Shown here piece after piece: positions 37,151 through 46,431 of a stretch of DNA of 64,000 nucleotides. The stretch covers positions 1,314 to 65,313 of the forward strand of contig JAFGQU010000004.1 in NCBI GenBank assembly GCA_016935525.1, read 5' to 3'. Positions within the stretch are counted from its first letter, which is position 1. Each line of letters starts with the position of its first letter. A program made the position numbers and the translations under genes. This DNA is from Candidatus Omnitrophota bacterium. Its GTDB lineage: Bacteria > Omnitrophota > Gorgyraeia > Duberdicusellales > 4484-171. Under the pieces are notes generated by a model, which did no database searches, was not told the DNA's origin, and saw only the letters and a list, made by a program, of their open reading frames with translations.

Positions 37151-38383
37151 TCAACCTTGCAAGAAAAAAACCATAAGCGCGAGATAATCGCTAAGATGGC
37201 GGGTAATCAAAAAGTTGCGACGAGTATATTCTTTCGCGTTTTCTCCGATACGGGCAGCTGCTTCCTGATTGTTCAATAAATACCGTATACGGTAAGCGCA
37301 CCCTTCAACAGAATTCACCGTAAACCCGGTACGGCCGTACACGATCTGGACCGTGATCCCGCCTACGGCTCCGCCGATCACCGGTTTCCCTTTCCACATC
37401 GCCTCGGCCACGGTAAGCCCGAACCCTTCTTTGGTGGATTTCTGCAAAATAACCGTGGCCGCCCGTTGAAGAGCGTTGATCACGGAATTCGCGTCCGGCG
37501 GAAGGTCAAGAATAATGATATCTTCGTCCTGCCGAGCCGCTTCTTGTACGTCATGCAATACCTGTAACCCTTCCGGATCATCCGTCGCGCTCCCGCCGGC
37601 AAGAATAAGCCGGCAGGCGTTATATTTTTTAACGATCCGGTAGGCTTCGATCACCCCCAGCGGGTCTTTGAACCGGTCGAAACGGGATACCTGCAGAATG
37701 ATCGGTTTATCGCGGGGGATAGCGTATTGAGTCAACACCCCGTTTATTTCTTCCTCGGTCAATTCTCTATTTTTATCGCTTAACGGGTCAATGGAAGGAT
37801 ACATCAAAAACTGCGGAATCGAAAGTTTCTGGGCAAAATTCGGCAACGAGAATATCGCTCCGTCGTATCGGGATACGTATTCTTTTAAAAAGTTCCAGAC
37901 TTTACGCTGGGGACGGGAAATATCGATATGGCAGCGCCATAACCATTTTGCTTTTCTGGGTTTTTTATAAATAAATCCGGCCGGCTGGGGATCGTGAATC
38001 ACTGTGAAATCGGCGTCGAAAGAGATCTTACGCGCGTTCTTTTTATTCACTTTTATGTATTCTTCGTACATCTGAGAAGTTATCAACTGCGCCTGTCCCT
38101 GTAACGCGTTATGAAAACTTTTTGTGGTCTGATAAAACAAAGGAGTCCCCTCGATGATCTCCCAGCGGGTAGGGATCTCTAATTCATTGAAGAACGGCAC
38201 AAGACGAAGCAACATTTCCGCGACCCCGCCGCCCAGGCGCGTAGAATTTACATGCAGGAGCGTTCGATTTTTAAGCCGTTCGGCAAGATGGTAAATCAAA
38301 TCGACCGACCCGGGAGGAGTTACTTCGCGATAGGATTGAAGCGATACCATGTTATCCATGCAATTCTCCCTGGCATAAATCAA
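37151..38383 (-). CDS. GT4-family glycosyltransferase (TreT-like trehalose or glycosyl-glycerate synthase).
   Basis: HVNSTRLGGGVAEML N-terminal motif. Retaining GT-B C-terminus (E..KEGFGL). Confidence 0.55.
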   Translation of the reverse strand: MIYARENCMDNMVSLQSYREVTPPGSVDLIYHLAERLKNRTLLHVNSTRLGGGVAEMLLRLVPFFNELEIPTRWEIIEGTPLFYQTTKSFHNALQGQAQLITSQMYEEYIKVNKKNARKISFDADFTVIHDPQPAGFIYKKPRKAKWLWRCHIDISRPQRKVWNFLKEYVSRYDGAIFSLPNFAQKLSIPQFLMYPSIDPLSDKNRELTEEEINGVLTQYAIPRDKPIILQVSRFDRFKDPLGVIEAYRIVKKYNACRLILAGGSATDDPEGLQVLHDVQEAARQDEDIIILDLPPDANSVINALQRAATVILQKSTKEGFGLTVAEAMWKGKPVIGGAVGGITVQIVYGRTGFTVNSVEGCAYRIRYLLNNQEAAARIGENAKEYTRRNFLITRHLSDYLALMVFFLQG

Positions 38384-39050
38384 GCAATTTAATCCTTAAC
38401 GCTTCCAGACTGTACATATAGCTGTCGATCATTTCAAACTTATCAGCAAGTTCTTTACGTCCTAACACCTGTTCGATCCATAAAGCAAAATCGCTTCTTC
38501 CCAGCCTGTCGCGCAGACGGGCTTCAAATACGTGATTATAAATAGCGCTGGCATCGGTTGTTTTTAACGCTTCGACGAATTCCGCCAGGTTCGCTACCGA
38601 TACGCCGGTAGGGACCTCGATGATATGGGACTGCATAAAATAAAACGGCTGGCCGTAGACAACCGCCGGGACCGTCTTAAGTTGAGACAAATGGCTGTCG
38701 ATGATCTCGATAAATTCGCTGCGGATATCTTCGATCGTCTTGCCGCCGCTTGCGGTCACATCGGCAAGTCTTTCTCCTAATACCCGATCGCGCACCTGGA
38801 TCGCCGCCCAATTGGCGAAATCATTAGGGTATTCACCGGAAATATAGTAATGACGTAAAAAATAACTGTGGGTATGGTAATAGATCGAATCGACCGGGAC
38901 CTCTTCAATAAGTTCAAGAAGCTCCTGCTCATCATCGGCTCTTTTACCGAGAAGTTCTTTGATCTCGATGCATCCCATAAAATGGAATTCGTTCATCGTC
39001 CGCCTTCCTTGCGATCTAATAAAAAATACACAAACTCTCTCATCGGACAA
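38352..39050 (-). CDS. Hypothetical protein whose gene overlaps the GT4 gene by 32 nt. The start may be the internal Met at 38994.
   Basis: No recognisable motif. Operon context with the GT4 gene and malQ. Confidence 0.3.
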   Translation of the reverse strand: MSDERVCVFFIRSQGRRTMNEFHFMGCIEIKELLGKRADDEQELLELIEEVPVDSIYYHTHSYFLRHYYISGEYPNDFANWAAIQVRDRVLGERLADVTASGGKTIEDIRSEFIEIIDSHLSQLKTVPAVVYGQPFYFMQSHIIEVPTGVSVANLAEFVEALKTTDASAIYNHVFEARLRDRLGRSDFALWIEQVLGRKELADKFEMIDSYMYSLEALRIKLLDLCQGELHG

Positions 39051-39271
39051 CCTTTATCACTTTAACATATCATTTTTATTTTTCAAGAAGAACAAAGACG
39101 CGTTTTCTTCCGGGAAAATCCAAAGGTGGACTTTTAACCTTTCCGGACGGCGGACACAGTAAACTCCGGAGCCTTCACATAACAATCAGGCAATAGGGCC
39201 GGTCCCTCTAAGCCATGCGCATTGAGTACCGAGCGAAGAGACGATATTGGCGTTTTTTTCAGGCGGTCCTT

Positions 39272-40723
39272 TTATCCGGCCGCAACAGGATCTTCTTCCT
39301 CCGACACGGATAGGACATCTTCGTCCGGAGGGCACTTGCCGGTCCAACAGTACAGACAGAGTTTCTCGCGAGGCAAACCGATAGCTTCTACCATATCGTC
39401 GATTGTCTGATAACGCAACGTAGTAACTCCTAAATCACGGGCAATCCATTCGACCATTTCCCGATACTGCGGGGTAGTATGGTCAAGATATGCCGAGATA
39501 TCTTCGATATCTTTTCCTTCGAGTGCCCCGATAGCCCGACGGGCGACAAGCTCTTCCCTGCTGCGAGTAGAAAGACAGAACCGGCAGGGAAACATCAACG
39601 GCGGACAGGCCGGCCGGGCATGGACTTCTTTCGCTCCGCAATCCCACAGTTTACTTACCGTAAAATTCTTAAGCTGCGTCCCTCGGACGATCGAATCTTC
39701 ACATACCACGATCCGGTTCCCTTCAATGATCTCTTTGATCGGAATCAATTTCATCCGGGCAATAAGGTCACGAGTCTCCTGGGCCGGAGGGGTATAGCTG
39801 CGACCATATCCGGGAGTATATTTGATCAGCGGTCGGCGGTAAGGTTTTTTTGATTCCATCGCATACCCTATAGCGTGCGCTATTCCCGAATCCGGCACGC
39901 CGGAAACAACGTCTATTTCGATATCTTTATCCCGACGGGCAAGAGCTCTTCCGCAGCGTTCTCTGACCACTTCGACATTGACCCCTTCATAACTCGATGC
40001 GGGACATCCGGTATAGATCCATAAAAAAGCGCAAATTTGTTTTGTATTGTGTACGGAATTTTTCTCAATAACCCCTTCTTCATTTAAAAGGACTATCTGG
40101 CCGGGATTGAGATCTTTTATTACTTCAAACTCAAGATTCGTAAAAGCAGCCGTCTCAGCGGTTACGGCCCAGGCGTTTTCTTTTTTCCCAATCACCAGAG
40201 GAGTATATCCCAACCGATCACGAGCGGCATAGATACCGTCTTTATTGAGGATCAAAAGCGAACAGGAACCTTTAATCATCTCAAACATCCGTTCGATCCC
40301 ATCCACCAGATTCTCGCCCTGACTGATAAGTTTCGCAATCAATTCCGGCACGTTCACTCCGTCATGGCTCACCTCGCTGAATGACAAGCCTTTTCTTAAT
40401 ACTCCGGCAGCAAGTTCTTCTTTATTTTCAATAAGACCGGCGGTCACTATACAGAACGGCCCGAACTTGGAATTTAAATATATCGGCTGTTCATCGGAAT
40501 CGCTGATCACACCGATCCCTTTATTTCCCCGCATATGTTTATAGTTTTCATAAAACTTAGATTTAAACTGGCTCTGGCTGATATTATGGATATACCGGAT
40601 AAGCTCCTTATCTAACACCGCCAACCCTCCGTATTCGGTCCCCAGATGAGTATGGTAATCCGTACCATAAAATAAATCCTGAGTACAATCTTTCTTTGCT
40701 ATGATGCCAAATATCCCGCTCAT
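39272..40723 (-). CDS. PurF-like class-II glutamine amidotransferase/phosphoribosyltransferase with Ser replacing the N-terminal nucleophile Cys.
   Basis: The N-terminus is MSGIFGII, against canonical MCGIVG. The PRTase motif is VVSGVPDSGIAHAIGY. C-terminal Cys residues (CPPLMFPCRFC and LCLYCWTGKC) are consistent with a [4Fe-4S] site. A strong RBS AAGGAGG lies 7 nt upstream, immediately after the DUF190 stop. Confidence 0.65.
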   Translation of the reverse strand: MSGIFGIIAKKDCTQDLFYGTDYHTHLGTEYGGLAVLDKELIRYIHNISQSQFKSKFYENYKHMRGNKGIGVISDSDEQPIYLNSKFGPFCIVTAGLIENKEELAAGVLRKGLSFSEVSHDGVNVPELIAKLISQGENLVDGIERMFEMIKGSCSLLILNKDGIYAARDRLGYTPLVIGKKENAWAVTAETAAFTNLEFEVIKDLNPGQIVLLNEEGVIEKNSVHNTKQICAFLWIYTGCPASSYEGVNVEVVRERCGRALARRDKDIEIDVVSGVPDSGIAHAIGYAMESKKPYRRPLIKYTPGYGRSYTPPAQETRDLIARMKLIPIKEIIEGNRIVVCEDSIVRGTQLKNFTVSKLWDCGAKEVHARPACPPLMFPCRFCLSTRSREELVARRAIGALEGKDIEDISAYLDHTTPQYREMVEWIARDLGVTTLRYQTIDDMVEAIGLPREKLCLYCWTGKCPPDEDVLSVSEEEDPVAAG

Positions 40724-40741
40724 CGTTCAGCCTCCTTATGT

Positions 40742-41083
40742 TTACCGTATCTCGCTATGCCGGTATTTAATGACTTTCACCTTTTCTAAAGTTACCAACC
40801 CTTCGGTAACCGTTTCGTCTAAAAACGGTATTAATTTATTTAAGTTCTCTTCCGTATCGACCAATTCGATCACGATCGGCATGTCTTCGGAAAGCCGCAT
40901 GATCTTTGCCGAATGCATGTGGCTATCGGCGCCAAACCCCATAATGCCCCTGAGTACGGTCGCTCCGGCAAGCCCCAGCTCTCTCGCCTTCACGACGATC
41001 TGTTCATATAACGGCTTACCGTGATATTTATCGGACTCCCCGATAAAAATCCTTAACAGCGCCCCTTCTTGAGGTAATCTCAT
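40742..41083 (-). CDS. DUF190/UPF0166 (PII-like) protein, the usual partner of CrcB.
   Basis: GATVLRGIMGFG motif. 113 aa. Confidence 0.7.
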   Translation of the reverse strand: MRLPQEGALLRIFIGESDKYHGKPLYEQIVVKARELGLAGATVLRGIMGFGADSHMHSAKIMRLSEDMPIVIELVDTEENLNKLIPFLDETVTEGLVTLEKVKVIKYRHSEIR

Positions 41084-41093
41084 ATAAGACCTC

Positions 41094-41477
41094 CTATCTG
41101 ATGATATGTAACACCGACCGTGAAAGAAAAAATCCGCATACGGCCAGCGTAATCCCCAAAATCAGACTTGCCGCGATATTTATACCGGCAAGCATATATT
41201 CACCGTCCCGTAACAGGTGGAAATTTTCCAGAGAGAAAGTGGAAAATGTGGTAAACGACCCCAGGATACCGATGAACAGGAATAACCTTATATTCTGGGG
41301 GACCGTAGTCGTTTCAAACATCCCCCATAATAATCCGATGAGAAATGAACCGGAAAGGTTTACTACCAATGTCCCCCAGGGGAACGTTCCGCTGGTAAAC
41401 CGATAGACCAATCCCGATACCCAGTATCTGAGTAACGCTCCCAGAGCCCCACCAATAGCTATATATACTATCTTCAT
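41094..41477 (-). CDS. crcB: Fluoride channel CrcB/Fluc.
   Basis: GALGALLRY..GTFPWGTLVVNLSGSFLIG matches the Fluc pattern. Start taken at the internal MKIVYIAIGG, since the track's upstream extension is unlikely. Confidence 0.7.
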   Translation of the reverse strand: MKIVYIAIGGALGALLRYWVSGLVYRFTSGTFPWGTLVVNLSGSFLIGLLWGMFETTTVPQNIRLFLFIGILGSFTTFSTFSLENFHLLRDGEYMLAGINIAASLILGITLAVCGFFLSRSVLHIIR

Positions 41478-41566
41478 CATACCATGCGGAGTATAAAATA
41501 TTGTATAAGGCAGACAGGGTTCGTGCAAGCCGAATACTAAAAAGAGAAGATACACCTGAAAAGATA

Positions 41567-42163
41567 TCAACGCAAGGTAAACCAGACCTTCTCCAGAGCG
41601 ATCGATGCGGCGATATTTATCGGATGCATTTTACGGCCGAGATCAGAACCGATACATAACACCTGTACCGTAAAATCAGTCATATTCGAAGGATGGAACC
41701 CGTCTTTGAGCATTTGTTGAGTCTTCTGATAACTCTGCGGATATTTTGCCCTGATGATCTTACAGCTGCCGTACACATATTCATCGTGCTTATTTTTTAC
41801 CGTAAAGAAACCGAACAGGCGGCAAATGAGCGGCCGAAGAGCATATATCCGACAGCGCCCGTTACCGGAGGTGACCGGATCGGCTTCGAAAAAGACACAT
41901 AATCCGGGATACAAGGACCGTTCGATCTTTTCCAGCCAGTAGTCCGCAGTATTCTGTGCCCATAGCTCTACCGCAAGCGGCAGCATCTCCAGTGCCGTCG
42001 TCTCGACATCCGGCCTCATACAGCAAGCCCCGCAATTATCCGGACAACGGATGCCGGTCATTCTCTTGAACCGGATGGTCTCTTTATCCACCTGATGAAA
42101 CAACCTCAATAATTGCCGGATAGTCCGATGGTCCTGAATACTGAGTTTTTTTATTATATTCAT
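41567..42163 (-). CDS. YkgJ/UPF0153-family putative Fe-S/Zn-binding protein (CxxCxxCC).
   Basis: CPDNCGACC motif plus a downstream Cys cluster (CRIYALRPLICRLF). Confidence 0.55.
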   Translation of the reverse strand: MNIIKKLSIQDHRTIRQLLRLFHQVDKETIRFKRMTGIRCPDNCGACCMRPDVETTALEMLPLAVELWAQNTADYWLEKIERSLYPGLCVFFEADPVTSGNGRCRIYALRPLICRLFGFFTVKNKHDEYVYGSCKIIRAKYPQSYQKTQQMLKDGFHPSNMTDFTVQVLCIGSDLGRKMHPINIAASIALEKVWFTLR

Positions 42164-42258
42164 CTTATTTTTTCTTTTACCAGAACCGGCATATTATATC
42201 AGAAATTGGACAATTTGATATAAAATGGTAGTATATCTGTACATTATTAAGGAATAAT

Positions 42259-43446
42259 ATGGATTTCAACCGAAAAAATACGGTTCTTATTACCGCCAGC
42301 CGGGGGCTGGTCCCCTACCTTAGCCGGGAAGTCGAACAATTGGGATATGAGGTGGCCTCAACGCATGCGACCGGCCTGGAGATCACCGCTTCGCTTAATG
42401 ACACGATGCGGCTCAATCTCCGGTTACGTACGGCGTTTAACGTCCTGTATCTTTTAAAGACATTCGAATGTGACGGCCCCGATGAACTTTACCGCAACAT
42501 ATTTTCAATCGCCTGGGAAGAGATCGCCGGGCCGGATGAATATGTAAGTGTCGTATCCCGTATCGAACATAGTTCGATCAACAATACGATGTTTGCCAAT
42601 CAAAAAGCGAAAGACGCGATCGTAGATAAAATACACCAAGAAAAAGGAGCCCGCCCCGATTCGGGGCCTGAACGTACTAATATTGTAATCCATCTTTACT
42701 GGAAAAATGATCGAGCCTGGGTATACCTTAATACTTCCGGACAGAAACTCGCCGACCGCAGTTACCGGAAGATACCGTGCGCGGCTCCCCTGCAGGAGAC
42801 TCTTGCGGCCGGGATACTCTTTGCCTCAGGATACGACGGGAACACCCCGTTGGTCGTCCCCATGTGCGGATCAGGGACACTCGCGATCGAAGCGGCGTTA
42901 ATCGCGCTCGGACGCGCGCCGGGCCTCCTGCGCAGCAATTTCGGTATTATCCATGTGAAAGGATTTGATAAAAACTTCTGGCAGGAAATCCGGCGCGAAA
43001 CATTGAAAAGCGCATACAAAAATCTATCAGCTCCGATCATTGCTACCGATATCGACCGCAAAGCGATAGAAGCCGCAAAGAAAAACGCCCGCACCGCCGG
43101 ATGCGACCATTTAATCGAATTTAAGGTTTGTGATTTCACCGATACGCCTCTTCCCGAGAACCCTGGTATACTTATTTTTAATCCTCCCTACGGCGAACGG
43201 TTAGGCGAACTCAACTGGCTTGAGAAATTGTATAAAGCGATCGGAGATTTTCTCAAAACAAAATGCACAGGTTACACCGGATATATTTTTACCGGTAACC
43301 GCGAGCTTTCTAAAGCGGTAGGATTACGCACCAGCCGTAAAGTCCCGTTCTATAACGGTGATATCGAATGCCGTCTGCTGCAATATAAAATGTATAGCGG
43401 AAGCGTAAAGAAAAAATATAGAAGCGGGCCGGAAGATCTAACGTGA
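42259..43446 (+). CDS. THUMP-domain class I SAM-dependent RNA methyltransferase (RlmL-like m2G methyltransferase).
   Basis: N-terminal THUMP region, motif I VPMCGSGTLAIEA, and the catalytic motif NPPYGERLG. Confidence 0.7.
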   Translation: MDFNRKNTVLITASRGLVPYLSREVEQLGYEVASTHATGLEITASLNDTMRLNLRLRTAFNVLYLLKTFECDGPDELYRNIFSIAWEEIAGPDEYVSVVSRIEHSSINNTMFANQKAKDAIVDKIHQEKGARPDSGPERTNIVIHLYWKNDRAWVYLNTSGQKLADRSYRKIPCAAPLQETLAAGILFASGYDGNTPLVVPMCGSGTLAIEAALIALGRAPGLLRSNFGIIHVKGFDKNFWQEIRRETLKSAYKNLSAPIIATDIDRKAIEAAKKNARTAGCDHLIEFKVCDFTDTPLPENPGILIFNPPYGERLGELNWLEKLYKAIGDFLKTKCTGYTGYIFTGNRELSKAVGLRTSRKVPFYNGDIECRLLQYKMYSGSVKKKYRSGPEDLT

Positions 43447-45027
43447 TTTGGTCCTTTTATTCTCTTTCGCCCGTTCGACAATCGGCCGTTTACTGACCTT
43501 TTTCTGTTTAAAGGCGCGGATAATCACCTCGGCTTCGGCAAACGGTACGGTAATAAAAGAGAATTTATCGAACACCCGGACATCACGTATTTTATGAGGA
43601 TCGATCTCGGCGACAGCTTTCATCATCTCTATTACCTGGCGCGCGTCCATATTGTCTACTTTACCTCGGGCGACAAACAACCTGGTCGTCCCTTTCATAT
43701 CGACCGATACGTCACGGATCTTCCCGTAACTGCGCGCGTTTAATTCATCGCCGAACGTCTGTTTAAGAAAAGCGGCGAGCACCTCTTCCGGCTGATTTTG
43801 AGCAAGGATCTCTTTAGCAAAATCCACATATTCCTCACCCGGAGAAGATTTAAGGATATTCTGGATATCATTTTTGATCCGATTTTTTTTCGCTTTGATC
43901 ACATCTTCTACGGCGGGGATTTTTTCTTTACGGATATCGGTCTTCGCGACCCGTTTGATCACGACCAGTTTACGGTATTCATCGGGCGTCACAAAGGTGA
44001 TCGCGGTCCCCTCTTTTCCCGCCCTCCCCGTTCGGCCGATACGGTGGACATAACTTTCCGGGTCCTGGGGCAGAGCGAAATTGATCACGTGGGTAAGGTC
44101 ACTCACGTCTATGCCTCTGGCGGCGACATCGGTCGCGACCAGCACATTGATCCGTTGTTGACGGAACTTACCCAATATCCGTTCACGCTGATGTTGAGAA
44201 AGATCGCCATGCAGGCCTTCGGCATCATACCCGCGTTCACCCAGTTTTCTGGCTACGGTATCCACATCTACTTTCGTCCGGCAAAAGACTAAACCGTAAA
44301 ATTTCGGTTCTGAATCAATAATCCGGCATAACGCTTCCAGTTTATCGGAATGAGCTACTTCAAAATATATCTGGTCGGTCAGACTTACCGTCAACTGTTC
44401 TTTCGCGACACGGATGACTTTATATTTACCCATATACCGTTTTGCCAGTTGCAGGATCCGTTCAGGCATCGTTGCCGAAAAAAGCAGTGTCCTTCTCTGA
44501 GCATTGGTATACCCCAGGATCTCTTCGACGTCATCGATAAACCCCATGTTCAACATCTCGTCGGCTTCATCGAGTATCGCGTAAGAGACCGATTTAAGAT
44601 TAAGCGTTCCGCGGCCCAGATGATCTTTTATCCGGCCCGGAGTCCCCACGACAATATCAACCCCTCTTTCCAGACGGCGTAACTGCTGATCCATCGATTG
44701 GCCGCCGTAAATCGCGATGATCTTCAAAGAATGTTCCCCTTTTAAGGAATTGATCTCTTCGGACACCTGCAGGGCAAGTTCCCGGGTCGGTACAAGGATC
44801 AACGCTTGGACTCCTTTTTTCCCTTTTTCCAACATTTCGATCAACGGCAACCCGAATGCCGCGGTTTTTCCGGTCCCAGTCTGAGCCTGACCTACGATAT
44901 CGATATCGCCGGTAAGTAAAAGAGGAATCGTTTCTTCCTGTATTTGGGTCGGTTCTTCGAACCCTTTTTTCTTTAAGGCTTTGAGGGTCCGTTCCGATAA
45001 ACCTAACGCTTTAAATTTTTCTAACAT
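43438..45027 (-). CDS. DEAD-box ATP-dependent RNA helicase with a C-terminal DbpA-like RNA-binding extension.
   Basis: AQTGTGKTAAF, PTRELA, DEAD, SAT and HRIGRTGRAG motifs. Start placed at MLEKFK, which has AAGGAGA 5 nt upstream. The track's longer start overlaps pfkA. Confidence 0.85.
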   Translation of the reverse strand: MLEKFKALGLSERTLKALKKKGFEEPTQIQEETIPLLLTGDIDIVGQAQTGTGKTAAFGLPLIEMLEKGKKGVQALILVPTRELALQVSEEINSLKGEHSLKIIAIYGGQSMDQQLRRLERGVDIVVGTPGRIKDHLGRGTLNLKSVSYAILDEADEMLNMGFIDDVEEILGYTNAQRRTLLFSATMPERILQLAKRYMGKYKVIRVAKEQLTVSLTDQIYFEVAHSDKLEALCRIIDSEPKFYGLVFCRTKVDVDTVARKLGERGYDAEGLHGDLSQHQRERILGKFRQQRINVLVATDVAARGIDVSDLTHVINFALPQDPESYVHRIGRTGRAGKEGTAITFVTPDEYRKLVVIKRVAKTDIRKEKIPAVEDVIKAKKNRIKNDIQNILKSSPGEEYVDFAKEILAQNQPEEVLAAFLKQTFGDELNARSYGKIRDVSVDMKGTTRLFVARGKVDNMDARQVIEMMKAVAEIDPHKIRDVRVFDKFSFITVPFAEAEVIIRAFKQKKVSKRPIVERAKENKRTKSR

Positions 45028-45059
45028 GTATTCTCCTTGATCTTTACCCGATATGCTTA

Positions 45060-46178
45060 TTATAAAACGAGAGAATGACAATCACCAAAACAGGTCCCTA
45101 CTGACCGGGCCGCACGGATCAATTCGTGATCAAGCGGAACCAGCCGGCTCCCTTGAGCGACCACATCGAGCGGTATAGGCAGAAGTTGGTTTTTGACCAC
45201 ACCGACCATACATCCGAATTTCTTATCTATAATGAAATCTATCGTTTTCGCCCCTAACTCTGTTCCCAGGATACGGTCCGCCGGGATAGGAGACCCTCCC
45301 CGCTGCAGATGGCCCAGGACCACGGTCCGAGTCTCGATACCTGTCAAGTTTTCGATTTTATCTCCTAACGACACACCGACACCGCCTAAGCGTACCGGTT
45401 CGGACCCATCGGTAACGAGTTTACGCACGGTCACTTTCCCGCCTTTAGGTTTTGCTCCTTCAGAAATAGCGATAATACTGAACCTTTTTCCTTTTTTATG
45501 CCGCATCTTCACACATTGAGTGACGATATCCATATCGTAAGGTATTTCCGGTAAAAGGATCAGATCCGCGCCGCCGGCAACTCCGGAATAAAGCGCGATC
45601 CATCCGGCTTTACGTCCCATGACTTCAATGATCATCACCCGATGATGAGACTGAGCGGTATCATGAATACGGTCAATTGCTTCGGTCGCGATGTTCACCG
45701 CCGAATTAAACCCAAAAGTGATATCGGTCCCCTTAAGGTCGTTATCGATGGTCTTAGGTATACCGATCACCCGTACCCCCTGATTCATCAATCCGTGAGC
45801 GATAGCCATAGTCCCGTCTCCGCCGACACAGACCAGACACTCTATCTTGAGTTTTTCTATGTTTTTGATCACCGTGGCCGAAACATCCTGATATTTTATT
45901 TTCTTCCCTTTTTTTACGGGATATCTATAAGGATTGGCGATATTGGATGTACCGAGGATCGTCCCCCCGCGGGTCAAAATACCCGATACGTCGGTAAATT
46001 CGAGTTTTCTATGGCGGTTATGAATAAGGCCGTCATATCCGTCGGCAATACCGATCACTTCCATATCGTGATCAAGAATAGCTTTCTTCGATACCGCGCG
46101 GATCACGGCGTTCAAACCGGGACAATCTCCGCCGGCGGTAAGGATCGCGATACGTCTGATTTTCGCTTTTTTTGCCAT
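45060..46178 (-). CDS. pfkA: 6-phosphofructokinase with the ATP-type signature (GGDGT).
   Basis: IAILTAGGDCPGLNAVIR..CVGGDGTM and further PFK motifs. Confidence 0.8.
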   Translation of the reverse strand: MAKKAKIRRIAILTAGGDCPGLNAVIRAVSKKAILDHDMEVIGIADGYDGLIHNRHRKLEFTDVSGILTRGGTILGTSNIANPYRYPVKKGKKIKYQDVSATVIKNIEKLKIECLVCVGGDGTMAIAHGLMNQGVRVIGIPKTIDNDLKGTDITFGFNSAVNIATEAIDRIHDTAQSHHRVMIIEVMGRKAGWIALYSGVAGGADLILLPEIPYDMDIVTQCVKMRHKKGKRFSIIAISEGAKPKGGKVTVRKLVTDGSEPVRLGGVGVSLGDKIENLTGIETRTVVLGHLQRGGSPIPADRILGTELGAKTIDFIIDKKFGCMVGVVKNQLLPIPLDVVAQGSRLVPLDHELIRAARSVGTCFGDCHSLVL

Positions 46179-46249
46179 AATTCGTTTCCTTTATAAGAGA
46201 GTATTATAACAGATTGGCCGTTGTTTGGTAAGGAAATTTAAGAAGGGTT

Positions 46250-46345
46250 TGCCCGTTGACCCGTCCGCCCGTTCTACCCGTTCAAAAAACGGGGGAACGG
46301 GAAATCCCGCCACGGGCGGGATAACGGGTATACGGGAGAACGTAT
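46250..46345. promoter_or_regulatory. Dyad-rich divergent intergenic region between pfkA and pfp (CCCGTT/AACGGG repeats).
   Basis: The segment gtccgcccgtt..acccgttcaaaaaacggg..aacggg..cacgggcggga forms nested palindromes. It contains six or more ACGGG/CCCGT half-sites. Confidence 0.35.
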
Positions 46346-46431
46346 CTATCAAATTTGTATTTGATTTTTTGTGCTATTGTGCTAAATTAGTCTTTAAATC
46401 TATAAAGGTACCTTACAAAAAAGGAGTTTTT

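Noticed and set aside
41478-41570. Possible fluoride riboswitch (crcB motif) upstream of crcB.
   Set aside because: Inspection shows none of the conserved riboswitch elements (GGCGAUGG..CUGAUGAUUCCU-like). The region is only about 90 nt and partly coding in the track ORF.
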